Made by a program: the position numbers and the translations under genes. Below, one piece after another: positions 50,101 through 63,734 of a stretch of 64,000 nt of DNA. The notes beneath the pieces are model-generated. The model searched no databases, had not been told where the DNA came from, and worked only from the letters and a program-made list of their open reading frames with translations. This stretch comes from Hydrolagus colliei. Its lineage: Eukaryota. Numbering within the stretch: position 1 is the stretch's first letter; each line of letters opens with the position of its first letter. Where the stretch lies: contig CM068752.1 of assembly GCA_035084275.1 (NCBI GenBank), positions 13,144,001 through 13,208,000 of the forward strand, given 5' to 3'.

Positions 50101-51269
50101 GTAAATCACCAAGTGTAAAAAGTAGATGAAAGATACACAAGGTCATATTTTAGTCCTATAATTAGCACTCACTGGCGTAAATTTACTGTAACTTACGCAA
50201 TGGCACCTGAGCGAAAAGTTTGCAACATTCAACCGCATTGGTGAGCAGTAGAATGTTTCTTCCCTTGTGCCACAAGTAACAGGAAGTGCAATCTGCAGTA
50301 CTTTAGTGGGGGTAGGACAGCAACACAACGCCTGAATTATCAAAGCAGAAAAAGTATTGTTTCAAAGATATCCTCGATGATGACCCAAGTTTTCTAAGGT
50401 GTAACATTGTAATGCTTCTCAGCCAGGGTACGTGGGTGTGACATGGAGGTAAGGAGTCATGGACTGAGGGCGTAGCCTCTGACACCACTGTGCCGTTTAT
50501 ATAGTGTGTCAGGCCCACAGAGGGTCATGCACTTGAGAATTCCTCAATATATGTGGATTATGCATGGACATTGAAGAGATTGTTGACATGCACTTATATG
50601 CATTCAAATACAAGTGCTTGGTATAGAAGTCAAATCACCAATGGCACAGACATATTCAATGGAGTATAATTTACTCCAGGATTTCAAACATAATTCTTAC
50701 CACAAACATAATTTTCTGAGCTATACATCCACTAAATCTAATCCAACCACAGTACTTCCTTCTTTCATCCCTGAAAGAAACTGTTTTGGCACCATTCCAA
50801 TTTTCCAAGATAAAGTTTTACACAGATCGTTATTAATTACCTACAATCATTACAACAGTTTTCTTTTGGAAGCATTTCATTATTCTACAGTACCATACAG
50901 TTACAGTATATGGTTTATTTCTTGAGTGGAAATATCTTTAAAGGTGAGAATGAAAATCTCGAATTCAATCCACTGGGAATACAATGGAACTCTTTCCCAT
51001 TTTAGGCACCCATTGTCAACATCCAGCACTCACTTGTCATGTCTCCAGAGGGGCCCAATAGTTTGAAAAAAACTCTGTAGAGGGGATTTTCTGCACATCT
51101 TGGACCACCTGTGTCTTTAGGAGAGGAGGCGAAGAAATTGAAAGGGAAAAATTCACACAGCAGATTGTTGGACTTGATACGGAGTAAAGCTTCATTTATA
51201 CTGTCCTAACTGGTACTCCCAAGTCAGGTGCAGTATTGATTAGATACAGAATAAAAGCTTGTGTGTCAG

Positions 51270-51675
51270 TTTGGCTCACTGATAGCACCCTCACTTCCGA
51301 GTCAGAACATTATTGGTTCAAATCCCACATCAAACTTCAATGCACTGATGGGGGTGGGCCACATTGTGGGAGGTGTCATCCTTTGGATGAGATGTTAAAC
51401 CAAGGTCGCATCTGCCTGCTCAAGTGGAGATTAAAGATCCCATGGCACAAGTAGAAAAGAGAATGGAGTTTCTCCTGGTGTCCTAGCCAGCAATCCCCCA
51501 AATAAAATTGATCACTCACTGCATGGCTGTTTGTAGGATATTGCTGTGTGCATTTGTGCTGCTATGCTTTCCTACAAATACACAGCCCCTCTACTTCACT
51601 GAAATTCCTGTGAAGCACTTTTGAGACATCTTTCTAATATGATAAGGCACTATACCAAATCAAGTATTATTATTA
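51270..51675 (+). mobile_element. AmnSINE/SacSINE-like Deu-SINE
   Basis: cctttggatgagatgttaaaccaaggtc..aaagatcccatggcac..ctcctggtgtcctagcc..gctgtttgtaggatattgctgtgtgc resembles the DeuSINE body as I recall it. Related copies at ~22400-22860(-), 24780-24960(+) and 47560-47760(-). Confidence 0.75.
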
Positions 51676-53727
51676 CTTTGCCCCAACAGTTGCTTAGTCC
51701 TCAACTTCCTTCTATGTCAGTGGGAATATTTCCATTTCTATTCAAACAAATCCACATGGCCTTTCTGAATCAAGAATCCATTCTTTGTCAGTGAATGCAA
51801 ATTTGGAGTGATCTAATGTTTTAGTCCTGGAAACTGGGTGAGTTTAACCTAAATTCCTTAATTACATGTGGACTGGATCTAACTCCAGCCTCCCCATCCC
51901 ATCTCATTTGATTCTTGATTGTCAGCCGGCTTCAGTGTAACCGAAGGTTCAATGATCTTTGCGTCTATTGTTGGCTTGATTTGTTGTGCAAGTGCAAAAT
52001 GGTCTTAGTTGAGTAATTTGTATCCTTTTTAAAGGCTTGTTTGTAGAAATATATTGATGTGCTGTATGAAGCCTTTGTGCGATGCAAAAAACTTGGATGA
52101 AGATTGAGAAGCACCATTGTGTGGAAGCACTCAGCTGTTGTGGCTTGCGTTCATCCAATATGTCTGCATTTCAGGGCCATCCACCTTCAAAGAATCTGGC
52201 AGTGGTTCAACAGATTATTATTACACACAAGAGGTGACATGTGGCACCAAGCACTGGATGGGGAATGGGGTGGGGGCGCTCTCAGAGAATGTCAATGTTT
52301 TAGATCTGTGGTGCTGATGGTGTATATTGAAACGTACAATGAACATCTTCTCTGGTCACAATGGCAAATCTCTGAAACAAATAGTAAGGTTTTGTCAACC
52401 CCCACTCCCCCTACATTGCAAATAACCCTGTGATGCATTTTTATGACACTATCATCCATCATGCCTTTGACTGAAACACGTGTATATGTAATGAGAAGCG
52501 CCCAACAATCTCTAGGCTGCTGCTTGTTCATTTTCCCTTTCAATTTCCTTGCCTCCTCTCTAAAGACATGTATTGGGTTAGGTTTGAGTAGCACAGGTAA
52601 TCCTCCGTACATGGATTTTTAAACTGTGAGGCCCCTGAGGGGGAAGGCAGAGATTATCGAGGTGCATTAGCAATTGTTTTTGTACTGCCTTGCTAGTTGC
52701 CGGGTCCTTACAATTCTGGGATGTGCGTGAGAAAGCATACATGCATCGTGGATGGAGAAACGAGGTGAGAGCATAGGCTGGGAGAAAGCCTGGCAACTCA
52801 CATAAATGACATCAGAGGGAAGGTTTTTGGATAAAAGGTAGTAACAATAATAATCCTTGCAGTTGATATAGTGTCTTATCACATCTTTGAGACATCACAA
52901 AGTGCTTCACAGAATATATTGTATTTATGAATTGACTGTGTATTTTAATAATAATCCTTACTTTTCTTTGTGGGTGAAATGCAGCAGCAAATTGGACACA
53001 GCAGTGTCCCGCAAACAGTCATGGATTATTACCTCCCCGCACAAAATTTGCCAATCAACCCAAACCAATTTAATAATTTAAGTTTAATTTTTTTAAATGT
53101 TTTTAAAAACGTGAGTCTATTTTTGTTGTTAAATATTAGCTGCTTTTCTTGATAAACACGTATGTAGTTAAAAATATAGGGTGGTGCCAGGGAGAGATAT
53201 ATGAAACACATGAAGGTTATTCAATAGTTGTGCTACTGGGCTATTTATGTTGCTTTCTATCAAGTAATCTGACATATTAGCCTAGAAATATCAGTCTAAA
53301 ATTGTCTTGTTCTATGCAACTACACTGTTACTTAGAAAGAGAGGTGCACATATGGGTCATGGATCTCAACAATAATTTACATTTATAAAATGCCCTTCAC
53401 AAGGGGTAGCATCCCAAAGTGCTAAGAATCTCTGAAGGGGTACACATTAAAACACTAATACCTGACTGAGGTACCCATTATTCACATGCCCGCTCAGGGA
53501 AATTCCTTGTGCTCTACAATTTTTAATTGACATCTTTGATTTCTTTTTTGTGTGTTGGGGGCTGCTCTCACAGTCATAAACACCACCATTATTTTATGGT
53601 TCTTACTGAAGCTTCAGAGGACTGTATGAACAATTATATCTACGAGACATTAAGGTCACGTGGGACATTCAAAAGTTGATCTGCATTTGGGATGAAATGT
53701 TGAGCTGTTTTAGAGGCTCTCAACATG

Positions 53728-53823
53728 TTAGATTGCATTTCCAGTCAGGTTTCTAATCCTGGGCAGGCATTTGATGTAGGCATTCCAGATACGCACAGTG
53801 TGATCCCAGGATGCAGAAATGTA
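53728..53823 (-). CDS. WD40-repeat protein, last coding exon
   Basis: tattctttccctAG|TAC acceptor; YISASWDHTVRIWNAYIKCLPRIRNLTGNAI* completes the final WD repeat. Confidence 0.9.
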   Translation of the reverse strand, partial: YISASWDHTVRIWNAYIKCLPRIRNLTGNAI

Positions 53824-54752
53824 CTAGGGAAAGAATATAAAAGAAAATAACAATATCAAACGCAATACAAACTTACATTTTTATAGTGCCTTTCTTGTTG
53901 GGAGGACATCCCAAGGTAGTGGAAACAACTGATAAGTATAGATAGCTTTACTTGAGAGTGTCTGTCTGATTTCAAGTCGTAAATGAACCTTAACTTCCTT
54001 CAGTTGAATAATAACAGAATCAAAGCAAATTTGTTTCTCACCAGTGACATTTTACTTCTGGTTCTGAGAGAACCGTGTTCTCCTCAATCTAAAATGATTC
54101 CTTTACTGATCAAATCCAGCCTCCGACTCAATAGATAACAGTGAATTGTTTGGCTTGGAAGAAGATTGTGTTTCTCCATCTTCAAAATCATTTTCAAACT
54201 AAAACAATAATCCTCAACAGCTGCTCCAACCCCATAATTTACAGTAACACTCACCGTTTGTGTGTTCAACATAAAACATGATCAACCTATGAAGGGTTTG
54301 CTGCCATCTAATGGATAATAAGTTAATGCTGCTGATCGTTGTTTGAAATGCTGCAATTTAACTATGATTACTTCTCCCCAGTTTAACTGCAAATACATTT
54401 TGTCCATTCAGTTCTTTATACAGTAATAATAATGTTCCTTGCATTCAATATAGCGCTTTTCATGTCTCCTAGATGTCCCAACACATTTCACTGAATATTC
54501 TGTTCTGTGCTGCAAAATTCTATGATTCTATGAACTTGCCAATGGAACAGCTGAAAAGTATTTAGGGATGTTAGTTGACTCTGTATCAAAGTTGTGTGAG
54601 GCAGCAATAAAGAAAGCAAATACAGTAGAATCCTGGCCTATGTTTCTAAATCAGTTGAGTTTAGAGAAAAAACTAGAGGACATAGGTTTAGGGAGATTGT
54701 TTTAGAATTGAACACAATGCTTTAAATACAAATATTGAAAGGTTACTGATAC

Positions 54753-54846
54753 CTGCTTTCTCTCGGGGATATGGATTATGGTCCGGATACAATCAGTGTG
54801 TCCAGTATTGCTCTGCACTTGGATAAACGTCTCAGCATCATAAACT
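54753..54846 (-). CDS. WD40-repeat protein, internal exon f
   Basis: tgcttccAG|A acceptor, CAG|GTATC donor; 94 nt; VYDAETFIQVQSNTGHTDCIRTIIHIPERKQ. Confidence 0.9.
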
Positions 54847-56424
54847 CTGGAAGCATTCACAGCAAGAATTAAACAGAACAAAGACACTTGGATGTAATTG
54901 AGACAATGAGGGGTGATCATATTGAAGTCTTCTGGATTACAGAGTATAAAGAAGCTGGACAATACAGTACAATTAATAAATAAATTATATTGGTGATATG
55001 GTGCCTTTCGAAATGGGGAGGATGTTCCAAATTTCTTAACAGTACCGTTTGGGCACCTGAGCTGTGGGTGAAAGCTGTTGGGGTGGGGAAGAGAAGGATT
55101 GCTAGACTTGGTCAAGAGGTACAGAGATGAGAGGATTATATGTTAACGTATCTGGGAATTGGGCAAATCGATGGCACATGAATTTCAATGCAGTGCTTTA
55201 CATGGGGAAAACAGATCCAGGAAGGGACTATTTAACTGGAAAGAATATAACCTGTACAGAAAGTCAAATGGACCTAGGGGTCCCAATTGACAATAAATTG
55301 AAGCTATTGCAACAATGCTTGTTAGTAGTGAGTGAGGAAAACCAGATGCTGGGTATTAAAAGGACAACATTGAGCTGAAATAGTGAGGTTAAACCGGCCA
55401 TTTTATAAATCACTGATGCGACCACACTTGGAACGTCGTGTGCAGTACTGGTCACTGCAATAGAAACAGGATATCGCAATGATTGAGAAGTAGTGACTGT
55501 ATGGCTCAAACTCCCGAGGGCAGGGGCCGGCAACCCAAATAACAAGAGCCATTTTTCAAATGTAGTCAAAAACAAAATATCTTAAGAGCTGCAATAAATT
55601 CTGGTTAAATTAGCTTCAGTCAAACCCGTCAGCTGGTATGTGAAAGGAATTGGCCACTGTGAGAAGAACTGTAGAAGAAAGGCCTTAAGCGAATCAGGGA
55701 CGGTGTCTCATCTGCAAATCCACAGGTTAAGCCAATCAGAGACAGCGTCTCTGTAATAAAAATGGGTTCCATAATCAAGTTCAGGAGCCGCACGAGTCCT
55801 TAATGAGACGTATTTTAGGCGGAACTTGGAAATGGGGAAAGTGGGCAAGGTGGAGTGCTTGAGGGTTTTGGGGCATAGTGGCTGATAACATAACCTGGTG
55901 GGGTGGAGGGTGTGGGGTATGGTGAGGTATGGAGAGTGGAGTGGAGGTGCTGCATGGTGGATTGGCAAACGAGGAGGTCAGAGAGGTAGAGAGGTACTGT
56001 ACCAGGAAGTGAATGGATTTGAACACGAGTGTGATGATGTTGAAGTTGATCAATTTGGTGATGGAGAGCTAGTGATTCCAGAACCGGTGAGATGTGGTTA
56101 TGTGGTTACAGAGTTTGGTCCGGATCAGTATGCAGGCCGCAGAGTACATAATCAGCTGGATCTTTTGAATGGGGGAGCTGGGGATACCGGTGAGGAGTAT
56201 GTTGGAGAGAGGATTACACAGAGGATCGTTACCATGTGGAACAGGTTGTGCAGGAGGCAGTGATTTTGACAGTAAAAAGAAGGTATGTGGGAATGCTGAG
56301 AAATAGTGCCCAACGGTCGTATTTTGTTCTGGTTATACACATCCCTCTATCTGTTCTATATGTAATATATGTTTTATCTGTTGTATAATATGTGCCTATA
56401 GATTAGGGTTCTATAAAATCATAC

Positions 56425-56537
56425 CTCATGATTTGCTGAATCCCAGCTACTATACAACCGTTGATCTGATCGACACAGAGACAGCTCACAGCTCCACGAG
56501 TAACCAGGACTTGCTCACACTGCATTCCGTCTTCACT
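56425..56537 (-). CDS. WD40-repeat protein, internal exon e
   Basis: tttgtaacAG|AGT acceptor, AG|GTATG donor; 113 nt; SEDGMQCEQVLVTRGAVSCLCVDQINGCIVAGIQQIM(R). Confidence 0.9.
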
Positions 56538-57148
56538 CTGTTACAAATAATCATTTCTGTAAGCTCTCTGAAATAGCGGCTTCAACTAACCTACTTCTCT
56601 GTAAGCAGAACACCATCCAAGGCATATGATTCCACAAAACATCTAACCCACCCACCTCCACGCCAGGTGGGCTCCTGATCAGCTATGTGTAACACTTTGA
56701 GTGTAACACTCTGCAGCTCATGTCCTTACCCACACCAAGCTATATGACCACATCACTCCCACCCTCACCCGGCTCCATTGGCTCCCCATCCCCCATCACC
56801 TTGGGATGTCCTCCCGATGTGAAAGGCGGTCTATAAATGTAATTTTGTTGTTGCTTTACTGTTGAAATCTCCTACAGTGCTATTTTCCTGTCTGTGCGCT
56901 CTGCGCTTATTGTAATGGATCTACACTTGTGGGCAAGTGAGTATAGGTTCAGGCTGTGACCACTGTCACTCACTAGACTCACACAGGAAGAATGGACTCA
57001 CTCAGGACGTAATTAATAACTGGACAATTGCATGAAATCATACTCCCCAGAATGAGGAGTACAAGGAAAGAAAGATGGGGAAATGTCATTAAAAAAAATC
57101 ATCAGTATATTATTGTTTCAACACTCAGTCTGTGAGTGAGATACTTAC

Positions 57149-57332
57149 CCAAATGCGTATAGTTCCATCCTCTGAGCCACTGAGCCACTTTTCTAGGCGT
57201 GAATGCCACACAACTGATGTGATATCAGCCTCGTGACCTCGAAGTACTTTCAGCAGAGTCATCTGGGCTGCAACAGGGCTGAAGCATCGTAGGTAGACCA
57301 TGCCTTCGCTTGAGGAGTAGGCAAATTCATTC
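57149..57332 (-). CDS. WD40-repeat protein, internal exon d
   Basis: ctgtctcccAG|G acceptor, TGG|GTAAG donor; 184 nt; NEFAYSSSEGMVYLR..LLKVLRGHEADITSVVWHSRLEKWLSGSEDGTIRIW (canonical WD40 repeat). Confidence 0.93.
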
Positions 57333-58217
57333 CTGGGAGACAGAAAGAACAGATCTCAGAGGGATTCCCATAGTCAGTGGTATTGACTGGTGGTGAGACA
57401 GAGCTGGTGAGGATTTGAAGGAGATCTGTTCACTGAGGGGAGGGAGAGGTCGGGGCAGTGTTGCAGGAGGTCACAGAGTGGGTGAGATGAGACCGAGGAT
57501 GCATTTGTAATTGAGGATACGACCATTGAATTCAATCCGATGGGGCATGGTGGGTGGATGTGGGGTGGACAGTGAGCTGAGTGAAGATGAGGGAAATGGG
57601 CTCGTGGAGACTGTCGGAGGTAAGACACTCGCTGCGGAGTCTCGATGTTCTGCAGCTTTTATTGAGAACACCTTAGGAATGTGGACGTACAACTGGGTGT
57701 ACAAGTGATCAAGTTTGAAGATGATGATGGCATGGATGAAGTTCTCAGCAGCCTTGACAGACTTGAGTGGGAATCTGATTGTCGATGACTTTTACTGACA
57801 GTACTGGTGGTCAAGTTGTATTGAGCTGAGGCTGTAAGGACAGTTTCCCTTTGTAGAATTGTCTGAGACTAAGAGATTACAATAATACTTTTGCTGTAAA
57901 TTAGTTGGTGGGTGTGTGTGCCAGTTTCCCTTGAATATCTGATTCAGTTGATTCAGTTTGCGACACAGCCCATGTGAATATTGGTGTTGAACATTCATCT
58001 GAACAGTTAGACAAGATCTTGGTTAAAGTCACAGGAACAGTCCCTCTGACAATGTATCATTCCTCCAGTACTGTGAAAGAATGTCAGTCTGGAGTCTGAA
58101 CTCAAACAACATGAGCTTTCTTATCATAACCTTGCATCCGGGACGCTACCTCATTAGATTTCCCCTTTCAGAGTGTGCCACTGTAATGATTGTTTCTCTC
58201 CACAAACACCATCTTAC

Positions 58218-58372
58218 CGCTTTGGGTTATATGCAAGATCCAAAATAGCACCATCATTGGCCAGGTCTTGAACATCACTTTGACTGTCTGACGCAGCGTG
58301 GCAGAATGTGTCTTTCAATTCCCCAGTTTGCAAATCCCACACACACAATCTCCCATCCCAGCCTCCACTTAT
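58218..58372 (-). CDS. WD40-repeat protein, internal exon c
   Basis: gtttgtcAG|ATA acceptor, CG|GTAAG donor; 155 nt; ISGGWDGRLCVWDLQTGELKDTF..DGAILDLAYNPK(R). Confidence 0.9.
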
Positions 58373-58934
58373 CTGACAAACATTTAAGAATAGAAACAGT
58401 TAGGAAATCAAATGATTAAAACCAGCATCAATGTCACATTTGTAATGGAAGTTTTCTTCTTGGTGATATTTCTAGGCAAATGTAACTCAACAAACAACAA
58501 ACAAAACTTACATTTATATAGCGCCTTTCACGTCGAGAGGACGTCCCAAGGCGCTGTACAGTCAGGTAGGACAAGAGCAGGGTGGGAAGGATCAGGGCAG
58601 GATGAAGAATAGTAGGAAAAGTAACTGTATAACTCATCAGCAAAGATCAGAGGGTGGCATCTTGCCTCCAGGCCAGAAGTTGGTGAGTTTTACCTCCCAG
58701 TTCAGGCTGAGTTGAGGTGCAAACTGTGCAATCTAGATGCTTTGTTTGGCCACAGGTGCACTCACTACCTCTGATAGCAATTGGATGTTTTAACAACACT
58801 TTCACCCTTATGAGTACTCTCATCAAATATAAGAATTATGAATCAATTTATACTTGGCTTCATCACATAAGGGCTCAAGCAAATGTAAATCCATGAGCTT
58901 TGTACTGACAACTTAATATCATTCTAGGCAGAGC

Positions 58935-61666
58935 TAAACCTTGGGCAAGTTTCCTTACTCCACATGCCAAATAATAATCCCGAAATTTTTAATAAAAATT
59001 AGTCTTTGCAATCAACGACTGTTTGTGGGACACTGCTGTGCACAATTGGCTGTCGCGTTCATCCACAAATATACTGTCAATTCACTTTACAGTATATTCT
59101 CTGAAGTGCTTTGAAACATCAAAGCACAAAGTAGTGATAATGGGTGACTTCAACTATCCCAACATAGACTGGCAGAATAGTAGAGTAAAGGGCAAGGAGG
59201 GAGAAGAATTCCTGAAGTGTGTGCAGGACAACTTTCTTGATCAGTATGTTTCCAGTCCAACGAGGAAAGAAGCATTGCTGGATCTAGTTTTGGGAAATGA
59301 GGTAGGGCAAGTTCAACAGGTTTCTGTAGGTGAGCATCTAGGGAATAGTGACCACAATATCGTTAGATTCAGAATAATTATGGAAAGGGAGTAAGGAACA
59401 ATCACAGGTGAGGACACTCAACTGGAAAAGGGCTAATTTCAATGAGTTGAGGTGGGACCTAGCCAAGGTGGATTGGAAAGAAAAATTGACAGGTAAGACA
59501 ACTAACGAGCAGTGGGCAGCGTTCAAAGAGGAGATAGTTCAAGGCACAGGTCAAAAGCATCCCCACAAAGGTGAAATGTAAGGCATCCAAACCTCCCTGG
59601 ATGACTAAGGAAATCGGGGCCAAAATAAAACAAAAAAAAGAGGCTTATGATAAGTGTCAGGCTCAAAATTCAGAAGGGAACAAAGCAGAATATAGGAAGT
59701 GTAGGATAGAACTAAAAAAGGAAGTTAGAGGGGCAAAGAGACTGCATGAAAAACAATTAGCAAGTAAGATTAAGGGGAACCCTAAGGTTTTTTACCAACA
59801 TATTAAGAGTAAAAGGTTGGTCAAGGAGAGGGTGGGGCCAATTAGGGACCTAGGAGGAAATCTCATTGTGGAGGCAGAGGGCATGGCTGATGTACTGAAT
59901 GAGTACTTCGCCTCTGTCTTCACAAAAGAAAAGGATACAGCCAATGCCATGGTATTAGAGGAGAGGGTAGGAGAAATGGATAGAATAATTATAACCAGAG
60001 AGGAAGTTCTAAAAAGGTTGACGTTGCTCAAGGTGGATAAGTCACCTGGTCCAGATGGGATGCACCCTAGGTTACTAAGTGAGGCACGGGAGCAAATATC
60101 AGGGACTCTGGCCACGATCTTTCAATCTTCCTTGGACACAGGGGTCGTGCCAGAGGACTGGAGGACAGCTAATGTTACTCCCTTGTATAAAAAGGGGCAG
60201 AAGGACAAGCCTGGTAACTACAGACCAGTCAGTCTAACGTCGGTAGTGGGCAAACTTCTAGAGTCCATAATCAGGGACAAGATAGATCTTCACTTAGAAA
60301 GATATAGGCTAATAAGGGACAGTCAACATGGATTTGTTAAAGGCAAATCTTGCCTTACAAATCTGATAGAATTTTTTGATGAGGTAACGGAATGGGTGGA
60401 TAATGGTAGCACAGTTGATGTAGTTTACATGGACTTTCAAAAGGCATTTGACAAAGTGCCACATGAGAGACTTATTATGAAATTAAAGGCCCATGGCGTA
60501 AAAGGGACAGTGGCAGCGTGGATCCACAACTGGCTGCGAGACAGAAAGCAGAGAGTTGTAGTGAGCGGCTGTTTTTCAGACTGGAGGGAAGTGAGCAGTG
60601 GTGTGCCACAGGGATCGGTTTTGGGACCATTGCTGTTTGTAATCTACATCAATGATCTGGACTTGGGTGTACGGAGTACAGTTTCCAAGTTTGCAGATGA
60701 CACTAAGTTAGGGAGAATAGTAAACAGTGAGGAGGATAGTAGCCATCTGCAAGAGGATATAGACAAATTGGTAAAGTGGGCAGACACATGGCAGATGAAG
60801 TTTAATGCAGAGAAGTGTGAGGTGATGCATTTTGGGAGAAGAAATGAAGGGAGGCAATATAGGCTAGATAGTACAATTTTAAATGGTGTGAAGGAACAGA
60901 GAGACCTGGGGATTTGTGTTAGTGACTCGTTGAAGGTGGCAGGACAGGTAGACAAGGCTGTTAAGAAGGCATATGGGATACTAGGCTTTATAAATAGGGG
61001 TATAGAGTACAAAAGTCAGGAAGTGCTGACTAACCTCTATAGGACTTTGGTGAGGCCTCAGCTGGAGTACTGTGTTCAATTCTGGTCACCACACTACAGA
61101 AAGGATGTGAAGGCATTGGAAAGGGTGCAGCGAAGATTTACTAGGATGGTGCCAGGATTGAGGGATTTCAGCTATGAGGAGAGGCTAGATAGGCTAGGGT
61201 TATTCTCTCTGGAGCAGAGAACATTGAGGGGAGACCTAATAGAGGTTTATAAGATCATGAGGGGTTTCGACAGGGCAAATAGAGAAAAACTATTTCCACT
61301 CGTGGGTGAATCTGTGACTCGTGGTCACAGATTTAAAATAGTTTCAAGGCGAAGTAGAGGGGAGCTGAGGAGAAATTTTTTCACTCAGCGAGTTGTTCGA
61401 ATCTGGAATGCATTGCCTGAAAAGGTGGTGGAGGCTGATTCGATAACAACTTTTAAAAGGGAATTAGATCTTTATTTAGGGAGAACAGGTCTATTAGGCT
61501 ATGGGGAGCGGGCAGGGCAGTGGGATTGAATCGCTCTTTTCAAAGAGCCGGCACAGACTAGATGGGCCGAATGGCCTCCTTTTGTGCCGTAAAATTCTAT
61601 GAATCTATGAATCTAATCTAGAGGACGTGAAAAGTGCTACATCAAATGCAAGGATTATTATTATTA
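58935..61666 (+). mobile_element. Headless composite SINE split by the CR1 insertion
   Basis: ..aagtgctttgaaacatc (59120) resumes as tagaggacgtgaaaagtgctacatcaaatgcaaggattatt (61619 onward). Confidence 0.85.
59121..61615 (+). mobile_element. Young CR1 LINE, 5'-truncated within the endonuclease, two +1 frameshifts
   Basis: EN remnant VVIMGDFNYPNIDW..LLDLVLGN..HLGNSDH (59121-59394) and RT ORF 59571-61529. Extra G near 59388 and extra A near 59541 relative to an open frame. Same 3' end as the 7-kb copy; ATC duplicated at the junctions. Confidence 0.97.
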
Positions 61667-61995
61667 TGTGTAATTGGCTGCTGCATATCACCTACAAAAT
61701 ATGCAGTCAATTCACTTTACTGCAAAGTGCTTTGAGATGTCCCAATCATGTGTTATATTAAATGCATGGATTATTATATTTATTATTTTATTATTACAAG
61801 GAACCAGCTTCTAAATTATGACTGAATTTAAGAATTTTCCACAATTCTGCTTGATTTTCAATTTCGCTCTTGCACATTTAGACTGAAAGTAATTTTAAGA
61901 CCTTCACAACAATTGATCTATTTGTAATTCCCAGCATTGTCTGATTATTTTCACGAGAATCTCATCATACAATGAGCTTCAGAAGATTCACTCAC

Positions 61996-62090
61996 AAGGT
62001 AGTTGATGTTGTAACTTCCACCTCTCTCCACTAGAGCGAGCCCTGTCACTGGCTGTAGGTGCCCAGATAAAACCTTCTTGCAAACAAAGC
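61996..62090 (-). CDS. WD40-repeat protein, internal exon b
   Basis: gaatttAG|GC acceptor, CTT|GTGAGT donor; 95 nt; GFVCKKVLSGHLQPVTGLALVERGGSYNINYL (GH start of a WD repeat). Confidence 0.85.
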
Positions 62091-62477
62091 CTAAATTCAA
62101 CAGATAAAACAGACTGGAGGTAAGACACTGCATGTGAGCTACACACAGGGACCTCAGGGCCTAATATGCTACATTCACAAATGGTCAATTTTGAAGTGTA
62201 ACCTGCCTCCCACCTCAAGAGTGCAGATAAATCCTAATTACTAATTAGCGCCAGCAACATTAAACAAGTCTCAGGGCATTTCATGTCAAGTGAAATGACT
62301 TAATTCAACCCAAATTTAACCATTTCAACCACAAAATAGTCAATCAAGTTTACAGTATATCCTATGAAGCACTTCGCAATCTCTCAAAGATGTTATATGT
62401 AATATAGTTATTACTATTATTATTATTATTCTCACTTGCTTCAACATCCTGTAATGTGCCTCCTTCGCAAGCAATTA

Positions 62478-63622
62478 CAGGTAAGCCTCTATTTAGGATG
62501 CTTCTATTTAGGATGTTTCGATTGAAGGAACATAATTTTTTTAACACCTTTTGATCAATATAGGACACTTGGATTCATTTTAATGAACACAATTTTTATT
62601 TGCGCATTCGCAGTACATATTTTGAATATCGCGGTTGCACTTCGCACATCCTTTTTGTCCATACGCACAGTACATAGTGTATTCGTGGCTAAATCGCGCT
62701 CTCACCTGATATCCAAGCGTTTGAACTGGCCAATAGCATGTTGTCACTTCATTGTTTAAAAGCAGCTGATTTTGAAGCGACACCAAGCCACGTCAGTATA
62801 ACAGTAACTTCCGAACATTCCTGAGCAACTTTGAGCGATTTACAGCCTCTATTGCGATTCCAGCAAGTTTGTAGAAAATGAAATGAGCAGTGATAATACC
62901 GCTTGTGGCCAGAGACCCCGCAAAGTCATCACCTCAAATACCAAATTGGAGGTGATAAAGCGCATCAATTCTGGTGAAAAAGGTACGGATGTCGGGAGGG
63001 CTTTAGGGCTAGATTGATGGTGGCTACGACAAAGCAGAATAAGGACAATATACTGGTAAGTTCAAGGTGTGTTACAGCTACAGGTGCAAGCAGATTAGCA
63101 AAACATAGGAGTGATGTGATGGAAAACATGGAAAGAATGCTGAATGTCTGGATTGAGGATCAGAACCAGCGTAATATACCACTCAACACCCTGGTTATCC
63201 AAGAGAAAGCAAAATAATTGTTTAAGGAGTTAAATGATCAGGAAGGAGAAGGCTCAACGGCACCATCTTTCAGTGCTGGCAGAGGGTGGTTTCAAATGTT
63301 TAAAAGATGCTGTGGGCTCCACAACATCAAGATGAGTGGGGAAGCTGCAAGTGCCACTGTCACTGTCACACTGCCAGGATTGCCAGTATTAAAGTACAAT
63401 ACTATACAGTTACCCCAAGTACCCCTTCTTGCCTTTGTGTGTTATGTTGTGTATTTTTGTGTGTTATTTAGTGGGTTTAAGGTCCGAAAAGTTTGTGAAA
63501 AGAATTTGGCATCTCTGGTTATATAATGGGGCCGCATGGGAAATCGTGTTTCTATTTAGGACATTTCGATCTAGATACAGTTTTTCAGGAACACAACCTC
63601 GTCCTAAATAGAGGTTTACCTG
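62478..63622 (+). mobile_element. Tigger/pogo-family DNA transposon, internally deleted
   Basis: TIR CAGGTAA(G/A)CCTCTATTTAGGA at both ends, each flanked by TA (62476-77, 63623-24). Decayed transposase N-terminus from ATG 62883: RKVITSNTKLEVIKR..LNVWIEDQNQRNIPL..IQEKAK..FSAGRGWFQMFK..IKMSGEAASA (HTH plus CENP-B-type HTH). No DDE domain. Confidence 0.92.
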
Positions 63623-63734
63623 TATTTCTTTCCCTTTTAGAAAAATCTATTGCATTCTGCTCCAACACATTTTACAGGCTTTCTAATCAGCAGGAATCAA
63701 TTGCCTAAATTAACTTGTTGGATGCTTGCTTTAC

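Noticed and set aside
55264-55575. 103-aa minus ORF within the WD40 gene
   Set aside because: Antisense to a decayed plus-strand CR1 fragment; the WD exons splice without it.
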